Origin: Octopus bimaculoides
Taxonomy: Eukaryota
Assembly (NCBI RefSeq): GCF_001194135.2
Contig: NC_068989.1
Location: forward strand, 77,782,747-77,838,368
DNA: 55,622 bases
Direction of reading: 5' to 3'
A program made the position numbers and the translations under genes. The first letter of the stretch is position 1. The number at the start of each line of letters is the position of its first letter. The notes beneath the pieces are model-generated. The model had not been told where the DNA came from. It searched no databases and saw only the letters and a program-made list of their open reading frames with translations. This document shows, piece after piece, positions 25,224 to 37,873 of the stretch.

Positions 25224-25914
25224 CTACACACAATATATAAAATTGATATCAAATGTAACAACGTTAGAAAGCAGGCTAGAAATCAAGAGTTAAAGCTATA
25301 TAAATTTCTACCCTTTTTGATGTTTTTGCATTGCTGCTCTGAAATAATTTTCTCCGGGAAAAAGGGAATACAACAAGAAAAATGCGGGCCTTAGTAATGG
25401 CACATGATGGTCGTACGAACATCAACTGCAGCAAGAATTGAAACAAAGGCAATAACATATCTGTAATTTCTTCTTTAGCTAGTCTACACACAATTCTTCA
25501 AAGACCAGGTGTTAACCAGTTTTATTGTCACGTAGATAAGCACGTTTGCTTAATATCTTAATATCAAAAGTTAATATTTGTTTTATTATCATCAACACAT
25601 TACGCAATCTAACACTATCTATGAAAAACATGATAGATCACAGTTTTTTACATCTTTGACCATAAGTCTGCTATGGTTGGAGTTAGCGTTGTGTTAAATC
25701 TCAGCAGCGAGAAAAGCGATAATGATTTGAGCTAGTGATGACTATTTCATGAGACACGAATCAGCTGTGAGACGAAGCGAGATTTTTAGTGACAAGGAAT
25801 TGAAAAGAACATCTGACATGACCTTGAACATTTTGCGAATAATATGTTAAAATAAAAAAAGGAATTTTTCTCTAACCATACCTAACACCAAATTCTGTCT
25901 ACATATATTCTTTT

Positions 25915-26125
25915 CTACTCTAGGCACAAGTACCGAAATGTTGGGTGAGCGGGGAGCTAGTCACTTAGGTCGACTCCAGTACGCAACTGGTACTTAATTT
26001 ACCGACGCCGAAAGGATTAAAGGCAACGTCAACCTCGTTGGAATTTGAACTCAGAACACAAAGACAGACGAAATGCCTCTAAGCATTGCGGCCGGCGTAC
26101 TAACGAGTCTTTCATCTCACCGTCT
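25915..26125 (-). mobile_element. Full-length family A SINE
   Basis: AACTGGTACTTAATTTACCGACGCCGAAAGGATTAAAGGCAACGTCAACCTCGTTGGAATTTGAACTCAGAAC...GAAATGCCTCTAAGCATTGCGGCCGGCGTACTAACG. Confidence 0.88.
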
Positions 26126-26280
26126 AAATTCTATCTAATTTAGCTTAAGTACTGTACACAGAACACCTAAGTCTTTGTTCGGGCGGTGGTGGGTCAAAAC
26201 TCGTCTAATTCTTAAAAGCGCTTCACGTAAAAAGATAACCTGTCTGGAATATGCATTATTTCTTTCTTGTACTGATTCAG

Positions 26281-26341
26281 GTAAATTTCTCCGGATATTT
26301 TCTCCTTTGATTTTCGAGGACAATGGCGCAAAATAGAAGCG
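26281..26341 (+). CDS. Candidate start-codon exon (5'UTR plus MAQNRS, ATG at 26323)
   Basis: Strong acceptor tttctttcttgtactgattcag, Kozak ACAATGG and a consensus donor GCG|gtgagt. All three through-frames are closed, so it can only work as an ATG exon or a non-coding exon. Confidence 0.3.
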
Positions 26342-26360
26342 GTGAGTAAGAATCAGACGA

Positions 26361-27200
26361 TATTTATTATTACAATTACCATCTTGATCATGATGATGAT
26401 CATCGTCATTATTCTTGCTAAAAACAGCATCTTCTCCGGCGATGTAACAAAATGTCAGTTCTACACAGCAAGTCGCTTATAGTAAAGTCATCATTGAAAG
26501 TTTGAAAACTGTGCGAACATTTTATGTGGTTCCAAACAACGTTATTTTCTGTAGATGCTCTACCTTCACATTTACTCCTATCTATTTAATCTAGTTTCTA
26601 GGTTTTGTTATTATTGTTCATATGGTTTCAAAAACATCTGGTACGATGCAAATCTTGTGGTCACAGTCTTTTTATTTACCTCTTTAAATTATCATATCCG
26701 ACCTGATTCTTTTCTTCAATTCAGGGCATGCAATATCTTTGATTATAATAGTATCCTTATCTATTCACACCCTCTATATCCGGCTTTCACCCTCCATATC
26801 CGGCTTTATAACATCAATCACGATTACTGACTTTGGAGTTTGCCCACACCATATATTTGTGTTATCTGATCCATACTTGCCTCGCATCTGCCAATGAATC
26901 ATTCTTACGACATTAGTTTGTCTTTTTTCTTGTATTTTGTGGCCTGATTTGAGTATTCAATTACAGTACGCCATAGAGTCTAATTTTTATCACAGCAAAC
27001 ACTGCACTTCTCACTTTCTGCTCTCTTGTCAATTTTGTATTTGGCATACTTTGACAAATGTTTGCTCTTGCGCAACACAAACACATTTTTGTGTCTGGTT
27101 TCAAGTCACTCTTCTTTAGACGGTGCCACACTCCATCGGCCTCTGTATTACTACTAAACTCGCTCGCAAACTGCATGTATATCGTTTTTCCACCAAACTG
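26361..27200 (-). mobile_element. R4/Dong-clade retrotransposon 3' portion with (AAT/GAT)-like tail
   Basis: Translation reads WHRLKKSDLKPDT, KYAKYKIDKRAESEKCSVCCDK, RMIHWQMRGKYG, IIIKDIACP and IGVNVKVEHLQKITLFGT, followed by a short UTR and an ATC/AAT tail. Confidence 0.88.
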
Positions 27201-27579
27201 GGGCTGATGAATGACATGGCAGCAGATAAAAACCAATAAAATTAACCAAACGTCACACTGAGAATGTATACCAAGGAGCTTCTATCATTTTCATCTCAAT
27301 TCATGAATCATAAAAATGTATTTTTATGATTTTTATATTGAACTAAATGCATTTCATAAAAAAGCGCAAGTTTTGTAGCTCCATTCGCAGAATTACAAAA
27401 GAAATGATATCGAGATTTCGGGCAAAGCCAATTGTTCATTGCTGATATCCTTTTTATCGTTCTCAATGAACAAGGGAACATTAGAATACTTCCACTCTTT
27501 CTTTCACACTTTGTCATCTGTCATTAAGGCCACGAACTATGATTCTCTATCACTGTACATGCATATATGTATTTATATG

Positions 27580-27960
27580 TATATGGTGGTTGTTTACTTA
27601 TGCAGAGTCTGCCCACCTCCTGATCCATCATGGCGTCTGATGTGGATTTTTTAAACCAGACAATATTTTGAAAGCATACCCACATATATTGCATATCCGA
27701 TTTTGATCATCAAGAGCTACTGTTAAGTTCTGACCTTTGTGGATCTTAAAATGTCTTTTGAGGCCTCCATTAGATTCGCAGACCTTAGGGCATGCACGGT
27801 ATTGAAATTATATATTCATTAAATTTGGCGGAAATCGATGGGTAAGTGTTTGGCGCAATTGGATGAGCAAGGAACCATGTTGCACTCCAATGATTCAAAC
27901 TTAGACTCCCATGTCTTTACGAGGGACTAGTTCCGATAAGTAAAGAAATTTTATGAGAGA
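27580..27960 (-). mobile_element. RTE-type LINE 3' end encoding two C2H2 zinc fingers
   Basis: (Y/C)RACPKVCESNGGLKRHFKIH and CNICGYAFKILSGLK-fs-HIRRH, then a stop and a short 3' end. Confidence 0.65.
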
Positions 27961-28253
27961 TCAAATTCGGTGGATATAGAGATATTTATGTGGATAAACA
28001 AATTAAATATATTGCAACTTGGGTCTGATATACAAGATATATATATATACGAGAGAAAGCAAACAGTGAAGACTGTTGGATGTTAAAAAATTGAGTATAA
28101 ATAGATATTTCTATTTCTGTGCAAGTTTGATCTATTGAAATATTCATAGTCGAAAAGTCTTCAGTTTTTGCTTTCTCCGTTTTGTATCTCGACAGATATA
28201 TCTATCTTGTATATCAAGCCCAAGCCATTATATTTAACTTGTTTATCCGCATA

Positions 28254-28314
<61 letters not shown>

Positions 28315-29093
28315 AACTGTATAATAATAATATCATGATAATATAAATTCTCCCATTTCAAGCGGCAATTTTTAAATTAAAGCTAACGACCGAAAAATGA
28401 TGAGCTAACCGTAGCCAGAATCGAACCCATAAATCAACGCTCAGACGACTACTTGTGCATCCGGTTGGGTCCCCAACTGTTCATCACTTATTGGCCAGTG
28501 ACTCTCACGCAATTTCGTGCTTCTAACGTTAGTTGTTACTCATGCATGTATGTAGGCAGAGTGGTGTTTTTGTGTGTGTGCGTGTGTGTGTGTGTGAATG
28601 TCGAAAGTACTACGCGTTGCACATCACAATATAATCGAAGCATTCTCTGAGAGGGTACTACAACTAAGAAGCAGTGAATGATTTTTAAACATCTACGTGT
28701 TTGTTCATGTATATCGAAATGTAAATATTAATATTGTTTTACATTTTTATAATTGAACTTCAGATTTTCGTATATTTAATTCATATAGAAATTAAACTTA
28801 ATTCCAAGTAGTTTTTTACATAACTATAGGGAGTAAAATTTTACGAGTTGACGAATTACATGTGTCTTCTAGGATTCATGTATACTGAGTTCCCTCATAT
28901 GTAACGGTAGTTATATTAAGATTTCTGAGCTAACATCTTAGTAGAGCTTTGTGCACGTGTCTTTATGCATGTTCTTATATATATGTATAGATATGTATAT
29001 ATGTATGCATGTATGTATGTATGTATGTATGTGTGTGTATGTATAAAGATAAGTTGATAGAGAGATAGATAGATAGATAGATANNNNNNNNNN

Positions 29094-29135
<42 letters not shown>

Positions 29136-30863
29136 GAGAGAAAGTAGAATGATAGATAGACACTGATTGAATCTAAAAGAAAGAATGAGGGGAACATAGT
29201 TTCATAGAGAGTGTTAGTTGTTTTGACATTTCCTTTGATATCACATTAACAACAAGATTTAGTGTCTGCAACTGAACGTGTTGTTTATGTGTGTAATAAA
29301 ATGTATGCTCCAAGCAAAGCTTTTAAATTCAACTTATTCATAAAAATTTTTCTTAGCGGTGGTTACACCCATTCCTGAATTCTTTGTCTCATTAACCGAT
29401 ATTTTCCGGACGAGCGATCTGATAAATCTAAGAGACGATTCTTTTTGAATAGCATAATGAGTTAAAGAACAAATAGTGTTTGATATAGGAATTATATACA
29501 GAGGCATATAGAGACATGTTTGTGTGTATTAAAGTATGTTTGTATTGCTCTGTGTATGTGTGTGTGCGTGTGTGCGTATGGTGTTTGTGTGTGTGTGTGT
29601 GTGTGTTGTGGTTTGTCTGTGTGTATGCGTGCGTGTGTGATTTTGTAGGTGCATCATATTCTTAAATAAATTTCTAGAATCTAGAAGTTTTGAGATCGTA
29701 CAAAAATGATTCCTGCAGGGTTCTGTATTCGTTAACAATTTTCCTTGTTTGGCAAACATGCGATCGGTTCAGATGATAGTGACCTGTAATGGAAGATGCC
29801 CCAGCTATGGTCATCGCGTATGTTTTTGCCATAATTCAAATACGGCATTATCTACTGTAGCAATTCTTTTTGAAGATTATTAACTAAATATTAAATTGAT
29901 TGATATTAACTAGATAATCATTTAGGGTTATGATCATAGAGGCTTATTTCTTGGTTGCTCGGTCCTTCGCAGTGTTTTTTGATTGCTTGATAATCATAAT
30001 CATCGTTTTAGAATAAACACAAAACCTCAAAAATCTCTGAACGAAATGGCTCTTAAGTGGTTCCATAGTTTTGCGGCAGCATCATAATTCTAATTTTCAT
30101 GATCTTCATGGAAGTTTCATCGATTTTTCGTTTTCGTTACCTTTACCTTGCAGGCCATGTCATAGCACATCGTTTTTAGATTTGCTGAGTACTGATTTCT
30201 ATAATAGCTTATAATTAGCTGTTCTTCTATGAAGCTACGCATACGTGCTGATATAATGATTATCAAAGAGGCTGCTGAGAAAGCTCTGTCGATGTCTATT
30301 AAATTTGTAAAATATTTCCGGATATAGCATCGAAGAAACTTTGTTACGTGAAATGATGCAAAGCTATTCAAGCATTACGTAAATAAAGTTGAACAGATGA
30401 GAGAAACATACTAAAATGAAAGCGAGCGCGGAAATGAAGTAGACAGAATCATTAAGAGTGACAAGAACAGAAAGAGAAAGGTATGGCATTTCACTTTCAT
30501 TACTGAGATTTTATGGTAGACTGCATATCGCGTAAAGAATTAATCTATGTTATAAATTAGTATGTTAGCGAATAATGCTGCATTTCTGAGCTTTCTCATT
30601 GTCCTCTATGAAGCATTTCACATTTTAAACACTTGAACTTTATCCATGTAATGTGTTATTTTTTCTATGCCACAATCCTATTCCACAGGGTAAGATTTAA
30701 AATTTAAGGCTTCTAATACGGTGATGCCCTCTGAATTCCTACTTCTAGATATTTAATTTTAATTTTACCGTTAGTAGTATACAGGAAAAGGGGGGGAAAA
30801 TCCCAACGACTTTGCAACATCGGTGAAACCATCTTACCTGTTGTTTAGCTTCTTTTAAAACAG

Positions 30864-30917
<54 letters not shown>

Positions 30918-30963
30918 TTATATATATAATAGATAGATANNNNNNNNNNAGATAGATAGATAA

Positions 30964-31026
<63 letters not shown>

Positions 31027-31041
31027 GATAGACAGAAAGAG

Positions 31042-31101
<60 letters not shown>

Positions 31102-31106
31102 TTCAA

Positions 31107-31480
31107 TTTTTATCACTATTCACAGACTGGTTCAGCAGAGGAAATATCTGTATAAAATATGTCAGTTTGCTAAACTTGTTTATTTAGTTATTACATCTCA
31201 TTACTTTATTTATTGTTTGTATTTACCTGTCAGCTTCATGTCTATATTTTATTTCGCTGCAACTGTCATGTTTTCTATATCAAAAATCTAAATGTTGCAT
31301 AATATTGTCTTATACGAAATTATAGAAATAATGATATAATATTTTATATACATTCTCTCATAGTTTTGTTGCAGTAATTAAAATCTATTTCTCTCCCTCC
31401 CTCTCTCTCTCTCTATCTCTTTCATACTCTTTTCCTATATGTGTGTGTTTATGCGCGCGCGATTTTGTATGCGTGGTGTG

Positions 31481-31523
<43 letters not shown>

Positions 31524-31529
31524 AGAGAG

Positions 31530-31605
<76 letters not shown>

Positions 31606-32105
31606 ACCAAGGTTCATGAACTCATCGATGAAAATCCAGTCACATATAGACAAATTAATAAGTAAAAGCACAATAAATAAGTATAATATAATACAAATAA
31701 ATACCATAAGATAATGATAATAAAACGACTATATATATATATATATATGTATGTATATTGATACATACATACATACATACATACATACATACATACATAG
31801 AGTTGCATTTTTATCACTATTTAGAGACTGGTTAAGCGGTTAACGTATCTGTATAAAATATGACAACGAACCACAGTTTGCTAAACTTGTTTATATAGAT
31901 ATAACATCTCATTGCCCTATTTATTGGTTGTATTTAATTATCAGTGACGTATCTATATTTTGTTTTGCCCTAACTGCCATGTTTTATGTTTAATAAAACT
32001 AAATTTTGCACACTAGTGTCTGATATGAGATTATAGAAAGTGTTATATAACGCTTGATATATGTTTTCTCATATCTTTTGTTGTAGTAATTAAACTCTAT
32101 TTCTC
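31107..32105 (+). repeat. Diverged direct duplication of about 290 bp (31107-31393 and 31808-32105)
   Basis: Shared colinear blocks TTTTTATCACTATT..AGACTGGTT, TATCTGTATAAAATATG, CAGTTTGCTAAACTTGTTTAT and TTTTGTTG.AGTAATTAAA.TCTATTTCTCT. Confidence 0.9.
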
Positions 32106-32159
32106 TTTCTACATCTTTACCTATTCTCATCATATGTTCTTTTATTTTTTTTATTCTTT

Positions 32160-32236
32160 TAGTGCTGAAGGTGCCACGCAGGGTGATTGAATCCGGAACC
32201 ATGTGGTTGGGATGTAAGATTCTTGCCGCACAGCCG
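32160..32236 (-). mobile_element. Family B SINE tRNA-like head fragment
   Basis: The reverse complement reads GGCTGTGCGGCAAGAATCTTACATCCCAACCACATGGTTCCGGATTCAATCACCCTGCGTGGCACCTT. Confidence 0.75.
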
Positions 32237-32711
32237 GTGGACCGAGTACTGATTGTTATGTCGTATGATGTAAACAAAGCATTAAATATGCAGGCTATGC
32301 AAAATCTGCAGAAAGTTGTGCAGAGGATGCACTGCATCGCGTAAAATATCAATACCAGTTGAAGACGGAACTTAGTAGAGCTGTGAGAAACGTAGATGTA
32401 AGAGGAATCAGACGTATTGTACGACAGATTAGAATGATCTGATTGAGACTAATAATTCGTATTGTTGAAGGGAATTTACAAAAACGAAAAAAAAAAAAAA
32501 GAAGTACTAGAATTATAAGGAATTTGAGATAGATCAATATCAATGAAGATATGGGAAGAAATTAAGTAAAATCTGACGCCTGGAAGCTTAATGTGGCGAA
32601 GAATTTGACAAAAGCACAAATTGTGACCAGACACCGTATTGTAGTAGACATATACAACCGATACAGGAAAGCGAAAACATCATTATTCTATAATGTTACC
32701 ATTCCAAAGAT

Positions 32712-32942
32712 ATTGATCTCAAATTTTGCACAGGCTTAAGAATTTTGAGGGAGCAGGTAAATCCCGATAACGTCGACACCCCTGTTAAAATGGTACTTAT
32801 TTTATCAACTCCGAAAGGTTGAAAAAAGCATAGGCCACCTCAGCGGAATTTGACCTTAGAACGGGAAGACGGAGAAAAATGCCGCTAAGCTATTTGCCTG
32901 GCATGCCTATTTGCCTAACGACTCTGCTAGATCACAGCCTTA
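32712..32942 (-). mobile_element. Family A SINE
   Basis: AAATTTTGCACAGGC...TGGTACTTATTTTATCAACTCCGAAAGGTTG...CCTCAGCGGAATTTGACCTTAGAACG...GCCGCTAAGC. Confidence 0.85.
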
Positions 32943-33037
32943 TATCATCCCAAAATTATTAGTATCAAATATGTAGATTGAATTAATTAGAGAATAATTA
33001 TATTTCTCCCATTATAATATCATCATGATAAATATGT

Positions 33038-33070
33038 TCTTGTTACATAACACGTCTTGTTACATAACAC
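33038..33070. repeat. 17-bp tandem duplication
   Basis: TCTTGTTACATAACACG / TCTTGTTACATAACAC. Confidence 0.85.
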
Positions 33071-34231
33071 TGTTATGTCTTCGCACGTGACAAATTGCCC
33101 ATCAGTTCTATAAGTCCTTCAGAAATCCGTATATGTTACCGTCATGACTTTTCAAGTGCGTGCATTCAAGGCAATAACTACTCGAAGTGCATAACTTGTT
33201 AGCACGTTTTTGAGCTTCAATACTTTTCCCTCTTATTTGTTTTATCTCGTTTGTTTCTCGTACATCAATAATGTCTGCATACAAATTACTATAAACACTT
33301 TATCAGATTTCCAAGTGTTCTCTAAATCTGCAAGTGTCATTAAACCATACACTTTAGAACCTTTCATAAAGATTAAAATTACAGAAAATTACTTCATTAT
33401 CTTTTGTATAATATTATCTAAGATGAAGAAGTAGAAAATGAAATGCAGTGGAAAGAATAAGCTTTTCCTGCAATAATTAGATTTCGTCAGATCCGGCAGT
33501 TCCGTCAAGTAGTTACTCAGAATTATTCACAGTTTTCTCACTCTCTTTCCTTTTCTTTATCTCTTTCTTATTAAATATATACACATATGCATATTTCTAT
33601 GCATTTAATATCTATTAATATATATTACATTCACATACACTCACAGGCGCATATACATTTATATAAAAAATAGATACATATACATACATACATANNNNNN
33701 NNNNNNNNNNNNNNNNNNNNNNNNNNNNNNNNNNNNNNNNNNNNNNNNNNNNNNNNNNNNNNNNNNNNNNNNNNNNNNNNNNNNNNNNNNNNNNNNNNNN
33801 NNNNNNNNNNNNNNNNNNNNNNNNNNNNNNNNNNNNNNNNNNNNNNNNNNNNNNNNNNNNNNNNNNNNNNNNNNNNNNNNNNNNNNNNNNNNNNNNNNNN
33901 NNNNNNNNNNNNNNNNNNNNNNNNNNNNNNNNNNNNNNNNNNNNNNNNNNNNNNNNNNNNNNNNNNNNNNNNNNNNNNNNNNNNNNNNNNNNNNNNNNNN
34001 NNNNNNNNNNNNNNNNNNNNNNNNNNNNNNNNNNNNNNNNNNNNNNNNNNNNNNNNNNNNNNNNNNNNNNNNNNNNNNNNNNNNNNNNNNNNNNNNNNNN
34101 NNNNNNNNNNNNNNNNNNNNNNNNNNNNNNNNNNNNNNNNNNNNNNNNNNNNNNNNNNNNNNNNNNNNNNNNNNNNNNNNNNNNNNNNNNNNNNNNNNNN
34201 NNNNNNNNNNNNNNNNNNATACATACATACA

Positions 34232-34263
<32 letters not shown>

Positions 34264-36059
34264 CATACTCACACATACACACATTCTAGCATTGAATTTA
34301 AATTACGTGGCAGTTATAGTGGAATGAAGAAACTCCTGAAAAATCTAAGAATTCACGTCGTTGAACTGGATTGTAGGATAAAGTTACATGCGAGTAAAAA
34401 TGACTTAGACGAATGAAAGTGATAATTTACCCAGAAGGGTAAGATGAAATTATTCCTCAACAAAGAACTGAAATATACTATGAAAATTTACTGAACAACT
34501 TCGACGAAAAATTCAGAAAATAATCAAATTTCTTAAAATCGATTATCAGCGTGGGTAACTAGTTTAAGAGTACCAGGAACAAATATGTATCTAGTTCCAT
34601 TAAAATCTAACACTGATGAATTAAGTCATTTCATAAGCAGACATTTTATATAAAGGCAAGGAGAATACTTGTATGTATTACATACAATATGGGCCACCTT
34701 CGGTAGTTCTTGCCTACATTACCAAAAAACACAGAAACAAAACTAAATCAACGCGCCAGCAATTTATTAATTAAAGTGGCTACCGAATGTGTGTTGTAAT
34801 ATTCCTATCAGCCATTCTGATGTGCCTAAATGATTACCAATAATATGAAAAATGGCTCCGAGGACAGATGAAGTGGGTATTCGGTCCCAGGCGATATCTC
34901 AAAACATAATCGAAAGGAAACCCTCCATATAGAGACTCAGTGTTTAATTTTGTCTGTGATTTGCCGAGTTGGCTAAAATCTTTAGACATAGTTTGTAGTA
35001 CAAAGTTGCATTATAGAATAAGATCCATCTTTATTTTGCGCCCTCTCAAAAAATACCTTATAATATTAAATAAAATATCTTTGCTTTTCAATGAAAGCTG
35101 GATAAATATTAACAAGCATCAGAAAACATTTGACGTCAACAAGCATCAATGATTGGGTTAAGGTAGGATTTCATATCACAGATGGACTAAATTTTTCGAA
35201 ACTGTAGACACAAGTCTGTTCAGTGAAGATTGACTGGATTCACATACGAAACATTTGGAGTTAACGGAATTACAAAGGCAATAATTAACATAAATTATGT
35301 CTATAGCTATTTCGTTGGCACCAACAAATTATCATTTCTTAATTGTTTTCTGAGTTTTCCTGTACCGTGTGAAAATAGCGAGAAAAGAGTAAATGTTTTT
35401 TTTAGATTTGAAAGGATTCAATTTAAATATTTCCCCTGACATGCGTTAGTGGTCAAACATATACAGTTTGCATTTCTTAAAAGGCTGACTAATTATGATT
35501 GGAAATTAAGCGGAAGTTTAATTTCTCACAGAATATGGTGGGAGAATTGTCGACAGAACACCATTTGAAGTACTAGTGAGCAGTGGTACAAATATATCAA
35601 AAATATTAGTCGGTTTCTCTTAAAGTTCAGAGTCTTTTGCAGCACATTTTTATTCACTGTGAACCATTCTTTTCCACCTGTCATGCGCCATCTGTCATAT
35701 CTGTTGTTCCTGATATAAATCAAATACAAGTCCATATTGACAGTCAGCGATAGTGAATGAGTATACAATTTAAAAAGAACGAAATACCATGAAAGTTATC
35801 TCACTCTACCTTGACACCGTTTCTGGTGAACGACATATTTCCACTTTTGTAGAACTGCGTGTCGACAACCAATCGACACGCAGTCATTCAAAGATTTATT
35901 ATGCTAAATAACGTCATTATAGATTTATTATGCTAAATAAAGTCAGCTGCGATATCATCAACTCTAGGTGTCTTTTGAGGACTGATATGTTAATTGATAA
36001 TTTTGATTTCTATTTTGATATTACAATTTTAAGATTACAAGACGACATAAAGTATTTTA

Positions 36060-36510
36060 TAACAGTCTCATACATTGTTGTTGGCTATTAATAATATCTG
36101 TGAATGCTCTGTCCATGTCTTCAGAATACGTCATGTATCATTGATCATCTCTAATCCATCATTGGAAATGTGAGGAGCAGTAGTGCATTAGTATGAACCT
36201 AATGTTTTAACAAGGTCTTATATAAACATTTTTTTGGCAAAAACCACAGGTATAGCTATGAATATGCTCAACCACCACACGTTATTCTTCATCCTCACCG
36301 TTCGTTAAAACTCTGATTTATGGTAGTTCAGCAAAATTCTTGTCTTCAAATGTTCCTTTCCGGATAAATTAGAATTAAGCAATTTCTCATGTAATTTATG
36401 TTTGATGTCTAAGAGCTTAGATATTTCTGGAATATTTTCATCGAACCAATCTTTGTCGTTTACGTGACTTGAAGCACAAAAATATTGGCAGAGGTGGGGT
36501 AAACTTTTTT
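36060..36510 (-). mobile_element. RTE-clade LINE internal fragment (between APE and RT)
   Basis: KDWFDENIPEISKLLDIKHKLH...RMKNNVWW...PHISNDGLEMINDT*RILKTWTEH, which fits the RTE DWFDEN / MKNxWW / ILxRWxEHF motifs. Confidence 0.85.
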
Positions 36511-37790
36511 CTTTGAAGTCCGTTCATGAACCAGTAGGATGTGAATTACCAAAAGCTTTACCATATTATGCAAATATTACTGTCTGGACTATTATCCACA
36601 AACACACACACTACACGCACATACACACATACACACATACACAGACACACGCATGCATGTGTGTGTGTGTGTGTATTGGTGCATGCGTGTGAATGTAATC
36701 TGCCAATTTAGATTTATCTTATGATCAGGATTTCGATAAGTAATATAAAGTATAATTTGTACTAAGCATGTCGCTATTGTATTGAACGTTTCTACGACGA
36801 AGCAGAAATTGCATTATTTATTGCGCCAAACCTACAGAATACATATGAAGACATGAATACAGATGGAACGAAATCTTTGGATTTGGAACATGTTACACAA
36901 GTAGTTCGTTGATTTAAAATCGATATTTAGTGGAAGAGCGTTTACTGTAGTTTTTGTTTTAGCGAATCCGGTTGTATGTTTCTAGTTTTTTTAAGTGGAA
37001 TAAATTATTACAAACTGTCCTATGACTCTAACCTACTAGACGTAGAAGAGCGATCTATATCATTTGTAAATCTGCTCTTACACTAAATGCCTGAAATTCT
37101 ATCTTCTCAGCGAATCTTTCTCTTTAATGATAATATATGTAGGTGTTGCGTGTGTGTGTGTGTGTGTGTTGGTTTTGTGTGTTTATGTGTTTGAATTTCT
37201 GTACATATGTGCATGCTTGTAAGTATGATTGAAGTTTAAAATTTGCGGTGTCTCTCTTTGGATAGTGAGAGACAAATTAACGTTTGTTTGTAAAGATGCA
37301 GTCAGCAATAAAGAATTGATGTGAAATGTCTTCCTCTTACAGACTTAAGCTGAAAAGTGGTCATAGATATTGTCTTTCTTTCGTTCTCCTCCCCCTCTCT
37401 CTCTCTCTCTCTCGGTCAACTGAATTCCTAGTATTGAAATTAATGTGCAGGGGACATGAATACCATGAGGAATATTTTCAGGCTGAAATAGTTCAAGAGA
37501 ATTCGGAAAGTCTCTCTAGACCTTGGGCTTTTGAGTATATTCCAGGCAGAATCGGGGAGAAAAATGTGAAAAACGTTCAGAACTACACTTGTGTTTTGTT
37601 TATACATTCCGAAAAAAAATGAAATAAAAAACCTCATTTCAGCGGAGTTTAAAGTTGAAGTGAATGGTGCGAAAACAGATATTCCAATGCATTCGACGCG
37701 TCTCTTTACTGATTCTGGTAGTCCTATATTCATTTACCAACAGATATGAGTGGCAAACACTAGTAAAGTCGATTATATGCCACAGACGCA

Positions 37791-37873
37791 GAAATTAGAA
37801 ATCTTGGTACATACATTATGGTAATTAGAAATCTTGGAAATTAGAAATCTTGGCACACATATTATGGTAATTT
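37791..37873. repeat. Complex short tandem duplication
   Basis: GAAATTAGAAATCTTGG(T/C)ACA..CATTATGGTAATT twice, with an intervening partial AATTAGAAATCTTGG. Confidence 0.85.

Noticed and set aside
35892-35940. Short direct repeats with spacers (also 37791 and 45480) as CRISPR-like
   Set aside because: Only two units, no unique spacers, no cas genes, and a eukaryotic context.
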